Shown: positions 40,398-54,309 of the stretch, piece by piece
Position numbering within the stretch: the first letter of the stretch is position 1
Layout of the letters: each line of letters opens with the position of its first letter
Assembly (NCBI RefSeq): GCF_006345805.1
Contig: NC_043000.1
Location: 29,512,001 to 29,576,000, forward strand
Length of the DNA stretch: 64,000 nucleotides
Origin: Octopus sinensis
Taxonomy: Eukaryota
Direction: 5' to 3'
The notes under the pieces: generated by a model
Database searches by the model: none
What the model was told of the DNA's origin: nothing
Seen by the model: the letters and a program-made list of their open reading frames with translations, nothing else
Translations under genes and position numbers: made by a program

Positions 40398-40431
<34 letters not shown>

Positions 40432-40621
40432 CATACATGCATATGTCCATACATACATTTTTGACGTATTCAGACGTACGTACATACATAAACACACGCA
40501 CACATGCGTATAGATATATTTATACATATATATATATATATATACATATGCACACACATACATGCATACATATATATGTATACGCAAACAAATGTCCCAC
40601 ACGCCTATATGTGTAGTGTAT

Positions 40622-40664
<43 letters not shown>

Positions 40665-40832
40665 GATTAATATATATATATATATAAAGTCTCATACCTA
40701 CACATATAGGCTTGTGACATATTTGTTTGCGTATACATCTATATGTATGCATGTTATGTGTGTGGCATATGTATATATAGAACTATATGTATACAATATA
40801 TATATATATATATAAGTATTATATATATATAT

Positions 40833-40952
40833 GTATGGAGAATTCACCAAATATAAAAAAAGACGAAGACAGGTGGAGTAGACAACAAACAGATATATTA
40901 GTTTAACGCTCGGAAAGTGGGGGAAGTCTTTAACGTTTCGAGCCGACGCTCT
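40833..40952 (-). mobile_element. Penelope-type 3' end truncated within its hammerhead
   Basis: Minus strand AGAGC(GTCG)GCTC-GAAA-CG-TT-AAAG, then sequence similar to 38305-38420, ending in (TA)n. The CUGANGA half is replaced by (CA)n. Confidence 0.62.
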
Positions 40953-41005
40953 GTGTGTGTGTATGTGTGTGTGTATACATATATGCACCTGTGAGTGTCT
41001 CCTTC

Positions 41006-41050
<45 letters not shown>

Positions 41051-41926
41051 ATAGATATATTTATATGTAAATGTATGTATGTATATATATATAAATATGA
41101 AAGACTCCAGTCGGAGGAAATCAGGAAGACGATGATGATGCTCCAGCATGTTCGCAGCCGCATGGCTGAAACGAGTAAAAGAATAAAGGAATACAAACAC
41201 AAACACATATATGTGGGTGTATATATATGTAGATACATATATATTTATTACCTACACACACACACACACTCGTACATATGTGTGTGTATGCATACACACA
41301 GACATATATACACAGGCATGTATGAATGTCCACATATATACACAAACGTTAAAATGTTTGCGCACAGACTTATACATATATATACACACATGCCTTGATA
41401 TACATCAGTTCACAAAACAAACACACCCACGAACATACTCTGTCTGTCACTGTCCTGTCTGTCTGCTCTGCATATATACATATATATACATGCTATATAT
41501 ATATATTAGATATATATAGATATTATATATATATATATATATTATATATATATATATACATCTACATATATCTAATAGGTATATATAGTGTATAGTATAT
41601 ATATATATGTATGTATATACATTTGTGCTGTACATATACGGCATATACGTTACATATACATACGTAGATTATATAACAAACACACATAATGCATACATGC
41701 ACACACCACGCACACATATATATATATATTAATATAATAATATGCATATATGTATATATATATATGTATATATATACATATACATTATATGTGGTGTGTA
41801 TATATATATTATAAATAAATAAATCTATATTATATATATGTATACATATAAATAAATATAAATATTATATATATGTATAATATTTCTACTCTCAACTCTC
41901 TCTCCTCTCAACTCTCTCTCTCTCGC

Positions 41927-41966
<40 letters not shown>

Positions 41967-42381
41967 ATATATGTATATATATATATTATTGCACTAAAAT
42001 TCTAATACGGTAAAGAGTCGGGTATTCGTCTATTTCGCTGGTTGGTCGCCAACGTCAAACGCTGAAGAGTGGTTTTGAATTGGATGTGAAATGACTCGTG
42101 AAACATCTAAAAAGTCCATCCTTTAGAAGGTTCTAGGTGGTGCGGAAAATTTTTGATAAGGTGCAATCTCTGTGGAACTTTTTCTCTGGAGAATACACCT
42201 AATGGTAATTCTTTGATAAGACCACTCTATTTTATTCTCTCGTATAACAACACTAGTGGTGTATATGTCGTAATTTAGATATTCATTAGATTATATACGC
42301 ACATATATATGTATATATATGAATAAATGTATGTATATAAATTCAATATTTATTACATATATATATATAAATAATATATAT

Positions 42382-42436
<55 letters not shown>

Positions 42437-42502
42437 TATACATCCATATTATATATATGTATATATATACACACACATATATACATACATATATACTTAT
42501 AT

Positions 42503-42543
<41 letters not shown>

Positions 42544-43244
42544 AATATATATATAATATATTATGTATATATATATATAAACATATATTCACATATATAT
42601 ATATTTAACATCACAGCTCATCAGTCAATGAATTTATTAGTTTATCATGGAGTAATAATAATAGTGCAAGTAGTAGTAAGAATAACTACAACAATAACCA
42701 TAATGATATTAATAATAATAATAATAATATAATAATAATAATCAATAATAATATAATAATAATAATAATAATAATAATATAATAGTAATAATAATGAATA
42801 CAATAAGAATAATAATATACCCCTTCCATAATATCTAACACACGTAATATAATAATATAATATAATATAATCTGTAATATGTAAGTGGATATATATAACT
42901 ATTATATAGAGATACTATCTATAATCTATATATATTAATATATATATATATATGTATATTTATATATATATAGTTGTGTGGTGTGTGTGGTGTTGTGTTG
43001 TGTGTTTGTGTGTTGTGTTTTGTGTGTGTGTATATATATATATATAGGTATGATATATATATTATGCATATATGCGTGTAATATATATTATATATATATA
43101 TATACATATGTACACACACACACATGCATGCGTACACATGCACATATTTACACACATATATGTATGTGTATATGTACGCGCATTAATTTCATCGATCGCG
43201 TACTCCTCAATATTGTTGTTATTGCTGCAGTATCAGAATCAATA

Positions 43245-43276
<32 letters not shown>

Positions 43277-43971
43277 GAGAGGCGCGTAAGCAGCAGTAGC
43301 AGCAGTAGTGGTAGCGGTGTGTAATAGGTCGTTAGTAATTATATACTTAAAGATAGATTTATCACATCCACTAAATATATATATCAAACGATTCAAACGA
43401 AATCGTCGCTATTGTTTATAACGGGATGAACGAAATATAGAAAGATGGTCTGAGAGTAAATACTAAACGGCAAAAAAACGTTCAGTATGTTTGCTTTGCA
43501 TTAACACGTTGTATTTCTCTGCCTTTCTAATTTATATCTTTTCAATGGCTTCTGCCCTTTCACTCGTTGTTACTGCGTTTGATCGTCTGTCTCTGTCTCT
43601 CAAATTCAATGCCATTTACTGGGTTGGTGTATAATTGTTGCGGTTCCTTTTCAACGAATTTTATTCAACAAAATCAATAACAACATGTAACTAAAACATC
43701 TTCCAATGATTATTCCGGAGCATATTCACCATCTACTTCAATCACTGCTTCTCATTTGCTTAGCAGACGGGCAGACAGTTATTTAAAGATGTTTTTGTTA
43801 AATATTGTTATTGTTTTTGCTGAATATAATTTATTGAAAAAAAAAAGCCACAATAACTATGCACACCAACCCAGTAATAAATCACCGTCAATCAAATGCT
43901 ATTGAGAACGTCCGATCAATCATTGTCATTCACTACCAAACAAGCTACTATCACTTATTGTGAAATAACTT

Positions 43972-44368
43972 GTTTCAGTCATTTGACTGCTGCTATGCTG
44001 GAGCACCGCCTTTAGTCGAGCAAATCGACCCCAAGACTTATTCTTTGTAAGCCTAGTACTTATTCTATCGGTCTCTTTTGCCGAACCGCTACGTTACGGG
44101 GACGTAAATACACCTGCATCGGTTGTCAAGCGATGTTGGGGGAGACAAACACAGACACACAAACATATATACACACGTACATATATATACATATGCATAT
44201 ATATTCGACGGGCTTCTTTCAGTTTCCGTCTACCAAATTCACTCACAAGGCTTTGGTCGGCCCGAGGCTATAGTAGAAGACATTTGCCCAAGGTGCCACG
44301 CAGTGGGACTGAGCCCGGAACCATGTGGTTGATAAGCAAGCTACTTACAACACAGCCACTCCTATGCC
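43972..44368 (-). mobile_element. SINE family 1, full-length copy
   Basis: Near-consensus reverse complement, head to tail. Confidence 0.85.
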
Positions 44369-44387
44369 TAATGCCGAACGCAATCTT

Positions 44388-44430
44388 TGCGTCGGCCGGA
44401 AGGCGAGCATTCTACCGCTGAACAATCGAC
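44388..44430 (-). pseudogene. tRNA-Gly remnant with internal deletion
   Basis: Minus strand GTCGATTGTTCAGCGGTAGAATGCTCGCCT joined to TCCGGCCGACGCA: D-arm and 3' acceptor strand of a Gly(GCC/CCC)-type tRNA, with the 3' anticodon strand and T-loop missing. Confidence 0.68.
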
Positions 44431-44536
44431 AGTATATTTACTACCTAAATGTGGCGGACCCATAGGGGACGATGCTGCGGTTGTTTATAGCCCCAAGTTC
44501 CATATAGGTCCGCCATATTTAGGTAGTAAATATACT
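44431..44536. repeat. Palindrome with 30-bp arms (29/30 match) and 46-bp spacer
   Basis: AGTATATTTACTACCTAAATGTGGCGGACC (44431-44460) versus GGTCCGCCATATTTAGGTAGTAAATATACT (44507-44536). Confidence 0.93.
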
Positions 44537-45299
44537 TCACGATTCCGTGCTGCTACTGTTTACGTCTCGCTCAGAGATTTATTATTGCTTGCTTCTTCTT
44601 TTTCGAGATTAGCGACAGTTTGTCATTTTTCACAGGAAAAAGCATATAGTATTTTGCGTTTGGAATGAGTTTTCATCGCTAGCTGGTGATTGTCACCCGC
44701 TGATGACGGGTTACAACTCAGAAAGCCGGGTCTGTGTGTATCACGTAAGGCTACAGATGGGGACGGTGATTTCCTTTCGCAAATACTAATCGGACAAAGA
44801 CAGTATACCGTTAGGCAGCTAGAGGAGATGTCTTCCTGGGGCTATAAACAACACTAGTATCGTCCCTTATGGGTACGCCACATCTAGGCGGCAAATATAC
44901 TTCCCGATTCCGTGTAGCTACTGTTTACGTTTCGCTCAGAGATTTATTATTGCCAGTAATATTTATTATTAACAGTCAAAGGCTACCAGTCTGTCAAACA
45001 CTACCAGTCATTCATTATCAAAGAAGCACTAACATTTACACATTACCAATCAAATACCTTTAGTCACAATCAATCAAACACTATCAAGCAAACTCTACTA
45101 TACACTATCAGTGAAAAAACTATCATTTACTTTCAATCGCTATCATTCATTCACTATCAATGAAGCATTATCATTCACTAGAAATCAGACACTACCACTC
45201 TCTATTAATGAAACACTATCACTTACTTACTATCAATCAAACGCTATCAATCACTATCAGTTAAACACTATCGTGTACTCACTGTCAATCAAACTCTGT

Positions 45300-45520
45300 C
45301 ATTGATTCACTATCATACATTTGTCGTCAATCACTCACTCAATCAACCAAGTAATCAAAAACTCACTCAGAAATCAATCAATCAACCACTCAATCAATTA
45401 ATCAATCAATCAATCAATCACTCAATCAACAACTCACTCATTCACTCACTCAATCAATCAATCATTCAATCAATCAATCAATTAATCAATCAATCAATCA
45501 ATAAATCAATCAACCACACA
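45300..45520. repeat. (TCAA)n/(TCAC)n tetranucleotide repeat
   Basis: aatcaatcaatc runs grading into degenerate ACTATCA units upstream. Confidence 0.9.
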
Positions 45521-46038
45521 TTCAGTTACTAACAAACTTTAATTCTGTTATTGAAGATGCTTCCTTCCTTGGAGTCTCAAGCTCCTGATAGCGTCGTGCG
45601 AGAGCCCTCATGACACGCAACGTATCTTAGACATCTTAAACATAGCAGCGCCCCAACTTCTTTGGGTCTCAAGAAAGCTGCTTTCTTTCACACATAAAAG
45701 GGAACGCGCACGCGCGTAGTGTGTGAAAGGGAATTAGTGTGTGAGTGAAAAAGAAAGAGAGAAAGAGAGATGACACAGTACAAAACTGGTACTACTGAGC
45801 CTGGTGGAATAGAAATAGTAGCGAGAGCTGATGGTATTCGAAACAAATGAGGCAAAGCACATTGTATGCCATTCTCTAATGAGTCTGCCAGCTTCGCTCT
45901 TGTTGATATTTAATGTCTCAATGCTTTGTTAACAGAAAGTTAAAAATATTGATTTTGCACATTGGCAAAAGGCCGTCAGTAAATTAAACATATTGGTAGC
46001 CCTTTGAACATCGTGACAAAGGGCTAATTATAGACCTT

Positions 46039-46074
<36 letters not shown>

Positions 46075-46438
46075 ACACACACTCACACACATGTATATAT
46101 ACACATTCATATGCATTTGTATACATATATATATATGTATGTATGTGTGTACGTATGCACGTGAGTGTGTGACACATATGTGTGCGTTTGAGTAAGTAAA
46201 GCACACATACATATATATAATATATATACTATATATATATATATATAATTATAGTGTGTATATATATATATATATAATATCTATATATATGTATTTAATA
46301 TTAGGTATATATGCCTAGAATAAGTATATATATGTGTATGTATGTATTTATGTATGTATGTATGTTATGTGTGTTTATAAATAAACTCAATATATACTTA
46401 TGCACGTATGTTCATACATATATATGTATATATGTATG

Positions 46439-46486
<48 letters not shown>

Positions 46487-46531
46487 ATATGTATGTATAT
46501 ATGTATGTACTATATAATATACTATATATAA

Positions 46532-46586
<55 letters not shown>

Positions 46587-46999
46587 GTGTATGAACACGC
46601 ACATACACAGAAACACACATGTAAAATCATCATCATCATCATCAGTAGCACCACCACCAGCACCAGCACCCCCACCCCCCCCCACCCCCACCCCCACCCC
46701 CACCACACCACTACCATCACCACACATATAGCAAAAATGTGACTGAAATTATTTCCTCATTTTCCTAAGCCACATTTTTAATTATTGTATTGTATTGTAT
46801 TGTTGGCCATTGTTCCTTATTGTTAATTATTCAAGTAAAGACTAAAGAATATTCTATTTTGTTTTTGGTTTGCCACAGATACTCCTTGTAAACAATATTA
46901 TCCAATGCACTCTTGTAAAGGAACCTCCTTTATTCGGTTGACCTATAATAAAATAGTAGCTAAGCCTCCCACAAATCACATTCAAACTTTTATTATCAT

Positions 47000-47001
47000 T
47001 A

Positions 47002-47049
<48 letters not shown>

Positions 47050-47104
47050 GTTATTGTTATTGTTATTGTTATTATTATTATTATTATTATTATTGTTGTT
47101 GTTG

Positions 47105-47174
<70 letters not shown>
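47000..47174. repeat. (TTA)n/(TTG)n microsatellite
   Basis: Direct inspection. Similar tracts at 47561-47610, 48143-48180, 57850-57967 and 58220-58290. Confidence 0.95.
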
Positions 47175-47559
47175 GCCTTTGTGTAGCTTATAAGGCTAGA
47201 GATGTACTACGGTGTCAGCTGTTAACTACCAGTGAACTAGAGTAACACCTCTTATTTTTCGAGCACCTTCCGGACTATTCGAGCGTTTCCAATCAGTGCT
47301 GTTTTCTGCAAGTGCTCCACCATTACTGCAACCCCTATTTATTCCATGTACTTCTCAAGATTTTTACTCATTGTTCCCAGGGCTCTGACAATTATTAGTA
47401 CCACTGCTACCTTTTTCATCGACCACAACTGCTTAACCTGCCAAGCTAACCTGTCATATATATCGACTTTTCTTTCTTCCTTATCGCATATCTTGTTGTC
47501 AGCTGGGCATGCTATCGCTTTGATCCAGCATCGTTTGCGTTCTTTCTCAATTAAGACTA

Positions 47560-47560
<1 letters not shown>
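47175..47560 (-). mobile_element. R4/Dong-clade non-LTR retrotransposon 3' fragment (restriction-like endonuclease)
   Basis: Minus-strand translation IVLIEKERKRCWIKAIACPAD..K..K..Y..L..W...LQKTALIGNARIVRKVL, with one internal stop; (TAA)n on both sides. Confidence 0.85.
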
Positions 47561-47603
<43 letters not shown>

Positions 47604-47610
47604 TATATTA

Positions 47611-48142
47611 TTTTTTTCTTCTTTCAAATTTGCTTCCATTTCTTGCCGAGTGTCTTCCGACTCCTAGGGCAAAGAAACTCATAGTATACATTGGTAGGCC
47701 ATTAAACTAAACTCAATAGTTCGTTCATTTTTTTTAAAAGTTAAATTAAAATACATGGGTAGTAATAATTCTCACATCGACAATGCTCTTCTCAATACGT
47801 GTGATGTACCAGTAAGACAATCTTTTGCACTTCTTGCAGGGATGGTAAGCAGGGATCATTCTCATATAATTTTCGGTTCCCTTTGATCATTCCTAGTGCT
47901 CCTACGATCACTGGTATTGTAACCGCCTTGAGATGCCACATTTTCTCAATTTCAATGAGTAGGCTTTATATTTTCTGAGCTTGTCAAACTTTCGCTGAGA
48001 TATTATGATCACAGGGTATGCTCATGTCGATCAATAAGCAAACTTTATTGTTTTGGTCTTTCACAACAATATCTGGTTTATTGGCCTTGATGGTTCGGTC
48101 TGTATGTACTGGAAAGTCCCACAGAATCGTTACATTTTCTCC
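47611..48142 (-). mobile_element. Second R4/Dong-clade 3' fragment (distinct family)
   Basis: ILWDFPVHTDRTIKANKPDIVVKD..CLLIDMSIP..EIEKMW..IPVIVGALG..QEVQKIVLL, with frameshifts; (TAA)n on both sides. Confidence 0.85.
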
Positions 48143-50645
48143 TTATTATTATTATTATTATTACTATTATTATTATTATTACTTTTTTCCGTTTCTTGTC
48201 GAGTATCTTCTCAGTAGAAAATCAGTAGAGCTTATAGCCTGACTTCATGCGACGGTCGCCAGGCTCGAGATTAAATTTTAGGCACGCAAATCAGTATTGT
48301 GGAATGAACTATCTTTTAGATCCGTTCCAATATATTTGTAAAAACGGGGTGTTTCAATTGTGGTTTCCCGTGGAGAAAATTCTTGTGTTAGGCATTTCTA
48401 TGTTTCCAATGTCCGAACTTGCTCTTAAACCTGTGGTATAAATATAACCAATGCTGTTGTACACTTAACTGATCCGATTGAATATCAGTGCATCGTTATG
48501 CAAATTAGCTAAGCGCGTAGCCAAAAGTAATCTGCAGTATGCGCCATTACTAGTCTGGTTAATATGTATATCAGCCTTACAAAGGTGCAATGCAACGTTA
48601 GTTCTAGCCTGATTTATACTCATAGCACAGAAAGCCCAACAAATATCACAACACATTCTCTCTGATGCAGTAACAACTCTACGTATTGGCCAGAAGCATT
48701 TACAGAGAACTGTAATAGGGTTGAGGGGCTGAGATAAGAAATTGCAGGTATGTTGGCTATTGATTTCGGAGAGTTCGCTGAGTGAGGTATTGCTTATATA
48801 TCAAATATTTTTTATTTGTTCTGGGATGTTTGTATAACAGTCTCATCTCTGTCTCATGTGTTCGATCAATGTATTAATATTGATTTATTGAAGTGTTCTA
48901 AAAGCTCAAAAATTGATCACATTTGATATGTTCCCTAGTATCGAAAAGGAATCGTATTCGTTGCGATGCAGTTTTTGTAAAATGTAGGATATTGTGTTGC
49001 CAAAAGGGACAAATGTGAGCAACGGGACCAAGTGTTTGAAGGGATATAACTCTGTACTATTCATATGAGAGGGAATGGGCTATAAAGTTCATTTGTACAC
49101 TGAGTATATTTTGGTAGTGTTGAGAGGAACGAGGTTGTCATATCACAACCGGAGTATGTTCTCAAGTTTTCTATTCAATGAATCAGGGTATGTCAATCCT
49201 AAGTTGTTGTGGTAGACTTGAGTCCGTCGGTGGACGTTTAATGAAAATTGAAGAGGGAAGGGTAGTATCATTTTCATCAGAGTATGCGTTGTCTGAAGAG
49301 GAAACAAATAAACCATTAATATATTAAAAGAAGAGAAAGGCGGAAAGCAAAATCGTTTAGCGCGCCAACCAAAATGCTTAGCGGCATTTCGTGCGTCTGT
49401 AGTCCTGAGATTAAATTTTGCCAAGGTCAACTTTATCTTTCACCCTTTCACGGTCATTACAATAAGTACCAGTCATGTACTGGGGTCGATGTAATCAACT
49501 AGTCTCCTTCCCCAAAATTTCAGACCTTCTACCTATAGTAGAAAAGATATATTCTTTTCTACTCTGGGCACAAGGACCGAAGATTTTGAAGGGAGGGGTG
49601 CCAATCAATTAGATCTGCCCCAGTACGCAACTGGTACTTAATTTATCGACCCCGAAAGGATGAAAGGCAAAGTCGACCTCGGCGGAATTTGAACTTAGAA
49701 CGTAAAGACGACGAAATACCGCTAAGGATTTCGCCCGGCGTTGCTAGTGTTTCTGCCAGCTCGCCGCCTTGGAGAAAAGATATATTGAAGTAAGAGTGAA
49801 GGCGTTATTACTGAATTTTGGGGACATAGCAGAGAATATAGAGGGGAGACAACTGGGGAGTAATGTGAAAGGATATAACGCTGTCAGATTAGCACAAAAG
49901 ATAATTGTTGACAAATATAACGAATACCTTTGAGATGTCAATAATAAGATCGATTGGCTGATTGTTGGTGAATTCAGAGTGATTTAGAGATGTGACATTG
50001 TATAATGGTTCTTAAGGTTGGGAAGAGAGAAGGAGAGAAAAATAATGAGTGAGAGAAAGAGCGAGAAGAAAAGGGAGAATGTGGAAGACAGAGAGAAGAA
50101 AGAAAAAAGAGGAGAAAGAGAGAAAGAGGGAGAAAAAAGAAAAAGAAAAATGAGAAAGGGGAAAAGAGAGAAAGAAGATTTTTGGCAATGATAGAAAGTA
50201 GACCTGGAAGAAAAGTTTTAAAGTTATTAGAAGAGATAACTTGTTTGGTTGTTGTTGTTGGTGGTGGTGGTGGTGGCGGTATGAGAACGAAAATTTGAAA
50301 GGATTTTTTTTTAGCGTATAAAACAGCGTTGCAGCAAATACGGAAGCTGAAGTTTTTTCTGAAAAACAAACCATGTTAGTTGAAGTGTGGTTGTTCGAAG
50401 AATTCCGCCAAGTCAGCAGAAACTTTCTTGGCAAGAAACACAAAGACTTATTTTTCGTTTTTTTTTACAATTTGCGATAGTTTTCTGTTTGTGTAATATA
50501 CAAAAACTTCATTCAATTTTTCTTTTCGTAGTTCTTTGATATTGTCATTGTAGAAAGAAGTCCTCCAGGTAACAGAATGAAGAACAACTTCTAGACTTTG
50601 TAGCCATTAATTCTTCTGAAGATATTATTACAGCACAATGTAAGA

Positions 50646-51065
50646 CAGCGAGCTGGCAGAAACGTTGGCACGCCGGGCGAAATACTTAGCGGTATTTCGT
50701 CTGCCGTTACGTTCTGAGTTCAAATTCCACCGAGGTCGACTTTACCTTTCATCCTTACGGAGTCGATAAATTAAGTGCCAGTTACGCACTGGGGTCGATG
50801 TAATCGACTTAATACCTATGTCTGTCCTTGTTTGTCCCCTCTGTGTTTAGCCCCTTGTGGGCAGTAAAAAAAAAAGAAATAGGTATTTCGTCTGCCGTTA
50901 CGTTCTGAGTTCAAATTCCACCGAGGTCGACTTTACCTTTCATCCTTACGGAGTCGATAAATTAAGTACCAGTTAAGCACTAGGGTCGATCTAATCGGCT
51001 TAATCCGTTTGTCTGTCCTTATTTGTCCCCTCTGTGAGTAGCCCCTTGTGGGCAGTAAAGAAATC
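50646..51065 (+). mobile_element. SINE family 2 tandem dimer
   Basis: A full unit is followed directly by a second unit starting at GGTATTTCGTCTGCC. Confidence 0.85.
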
Positions 51066-53125
51066 AGAATCGCTAGCAAGCCGGAGAATTAGGTAAAAAG
51101 GACTTAAAGCTATTTTATTCGTCCTTACGCTCTCAGTTCGAATCCTGCGAGGACGGCTTTGCCTTTCATCCTTTCGGAGTCGATAAAATAAGTACCAGTT
51201 GCGTACTGGGGTATACCCTCCTCCGAAATTGCTGGCTTTGTGCCAAATGTGAAACCATTATTACAGCACAGGACTGCTGATCATGCTTGGCTTCGTGTTT
51301 TTTTTTTCGTGGGAATTGAGTGGGAACCAGTTAAGGAAAATAGTTGCGATCACACCCTCACTGTGTAACCGTTAGGACTTTATATATGTACACAGTAGTA
51401 TTACGAAGGCAATAGTTACAGTATGGCCGAATGGTTAAGAAGTTCACTTCGCAATCACGAGGTACCGGTTTCGATTTCGCTGCATGGCGTCTTGGGAAAA
51501 TTTGGTTTCCTATAGCCCTGAGTCTCCCCAATCGATTGCCAGTAAATTTGTGCAAGGTGGTTGAATAACAGGTGCAATACAGCGTTGAAAATATTTCAGC
51601 CGAATGAATCGATCCCTGTACTTATAAGGTTTTGGTCGGCCCGAGGCTATAGTAGAAGACACTTGCCGAAGGTCGCACGCAATGGGACTGAACCCAGAAC
51701 CATGTGGTTGGGAAGCAAGCTTTTTATGAAGAGTATATAACAACGTGTAAACATTATTATTCACTTCCGATGATTGGTGTCGTGAACCTGACTCATTTTC
51801 ACGGACCTTGGTAATGCAAAGGAGATTGGCTTTAGCTGCAAATCGAACGCGGTCTGTAGATTAAACCCAGAATCTTGCTGATCACTCAGCGATGCATATT
51901 AACAATTCATAGATATCGTTAAAGCCACTATTATGAAATATCAAGTGGCAATGCAGTTTTTATTCCTGATTTAGCAGTCTTATAAACACAAACTGGACTC
52001 ATTTGAATTGCAGATTTTTGACTAAACTTTTAACAAATTCGAATGCTGAACCAGACTTCATATTATAATATTTCGAAAATTTAGCGTTAGACAAAGGACG
52101 TTTCTGATGACAAAGGACCTTAAAGCTGAAAGCAAAAAAAAAAAAAAATAGTCAGATGATGTATTTATTACTGATAATAACTTTATCTGCAATGATAATA
52201 CCACATCTGTGATCTGTGATTCAATTACTGTTATTATTAATCGTTACATCATCAAGTTACATTATTGGAAATAATTGTGAAATTTAATGCAGTGAATGCT
52301 TTGTCTAATCTTCTCGGTGATCAGCCTGTAACACGGGTTTCACAAAAAAGAAATATTAATGAGTGTTGTTTTCTTGGTTTTCAAATCGAATTCTCAGATA
52401 TGCTATTTTTGTTTTTTTTCATGAAAAGCAAACTTCATCTTGATCGTTCCCCCAAATCGCTGAGCTTGTAAAATAAAGACAAGGAAACAAACATCTTTGA
52501 AAACGTTTCAGGCATTTTTGTCTTCCCTTTTTTATTGCGTTGTTCTTCAAATCCTTTGCTATTTCCCCGATATTCAAACATGATACTGCGATACCTTCTT
52601 AAATAGTGATTTTGTCAGAAATAAAATGGTGAATATCATACCAAACCAAAACCAAAACCAAAACCAAAAACACAGTTTTAAATTCCACTGAATGTCCTTT
52701 ATGAAATTGTTTGTAATGGATTAATATCAAACTTGAAAAGTGGAAAAAAAAAAATGTTAGTTTTTGGAGAATTAAGAAATCTTACAAATGGCAGAGCAGA
52801 AAAAGTTGTTGGAAGACGAACGTCGTTTCTGTTGGCGATTAAATAACAAACTATAAAATAAAATATACAAACAAACAGAAAGCAAAATTAAAACTCAGTT
52901 TTCTCTTCTGAATTACAAAACGAAAGCAAAAGTTGTTTATGCTTTCGACTTATTCCTATCAACTTAAATTATAATCAGTTTATTCAATTGTAAAACTGTA
53001 TATTTGCATTTAAATCTTGAAAAAAAAAAATCAACAACACTAGAGGCTGTACGGAGATGTCTTGTAAAATATATTTACATAGTTTACAATATAACAGAAC
53101 ATAATAAACACAAGCGATCTCTGGA

Positions 53126-53177
<52 letters not shown>

Positions 53178-53216
53178 GTCTGTCTGTATGTCTCTCTGAC
53201 TGTATGACTGTCTGTT

Positions 53217-53255
<39 letters not shown>

Positions 53256-53460
53256 AATATATTAAATATATGTATATGTATGTACATGTATGTTTATGTG
53301 AATCTAGTCGTGTATGAATCTATGTATTATGTACGTTTGTATGCATATATATATGTATGTGTGTGCATGTGTATGTCTATCTGTATGTACGATGCATGCA
53401 TATATGTATGTATGTATTTATGTATGTATGCATATATATATATATATGTGTGTGTATATG

Positions 53461-53492
<32 letters not shown>

Positions 53493-53947
53493 TATATATA
53501 TATGTGTGTGTTTGTATGTATATACGTATGTATGTATGTATGTATGTATGTATGTATGTATGTATGTATGTATGTATGTATGTGCGTATGACAATATTTA
53601 AGAGGGAGATTTGTGAAGTGCACGAACTATTTCTTAGACACTTGAGTATACCAATTGTTGCTTTCACTAATAAGTGGATAAACAAGGATATTGCTATGAA
53701 GAACTCTCATATTGCTCTCTACAAAATGCAAGTGAACATTACTCTTTGTAAAAAAAATTGCTGAGATGTCTCTGAAGATTTGTCATTGTATAATGGATTA
53801 AGTTGAAATACATTGACGAAAGTGTGGCGAAATCGCTGCTCTGAGGGGCAAAATGTGCCTACTTTCAAATCTGAAAATTCCATTGATAATGCCTCGAAAA
53901 CAGCTATAAGTAATGTGTTTTTCTCTTTTAATTTTTTTTAGTGTATA

Positions 53948-54166
53948 CAGTAATCCATCACCGTATCACGGTTCACCTATCGCGGCTTATCATTTTAGCT
54001 TACGTCGATCCCCCTGTGGCGTTCTTTTGGACTTATAATGATATAAATATATAGAGATTATAAAAATAATAAAACAAAAATATACAGTACTGTTTCTACT
54101 TCGCAGATTTTCTCCTATCGCGGGGTGTTTTGGAACGTAACGCCCGTGATAGTGGAGAGATTACTG
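53948..54166. mobile_element. Tc1/mariner-pogo (Tigger-like) MITE
   Basis: TA-CAGTAATCC..TATCACGG at the left end and CCGTGATAG..GAGATTACTG-CA at the right; internal CCTATCGCGG repeats. Confidence 0.68.
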
Positions 54167-54309
54167 CATCTGTTGGTTGTTAGAGATAAAGTTGGTCAGT
54201 TGTCATGCTGAAGCCTAGCCTATATATCAATGGCATCTCAATTGTAGAGAGTTCTGAATTTTTGAGATTATCTCCCTTTTACATATGCTGGTCTTATTTG
54301 CTTGTGGCT

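Larger units (their letters stand above)
37620..42800. repeat. Dense (TA)n/(CA)n/(TATG)n/(TAA)n microsatellite field with short unique islands
   Basis: Direct inspection; source of most YIYI/HTHT/CVCV ORFs. Confidence 0.95.

Noticed and set aside
42055-42125. CTGAAGA...GAAAC as a hammerhead
   Set aside because: Stems I and II cannot be formed convincingly.
44697-44740. CCCG-CTGATGA-CGGG..GAAAG as a hammerhead or C/D snoRNA
   Set aside because: CTGATGA sits in a closed hairpin loop; there is no valid stem III/NUH or stem I, and no matching D box with terminal stem.
48498-48505. Octamer ATGCAAAT
   Set aside because: A single 8-mer is expected by chance in 64 kb of AT-rich DNA; no snRNA gene or PSE nearby.
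48420-49140. Possible decayed RT (LITFDMFPSI at about 48913)
   Set aside because: One short motif amid stops; the neighbouring RT motifs could not be recovered by eye. A tBLASTx/HMM search would be needed.
49974-50443. 131-143 aa F/S/L-rich minus-strand ORFs
   Set aside because: Produced by a purine-rich (GA/GAA) low-complexity tract; no domain features.
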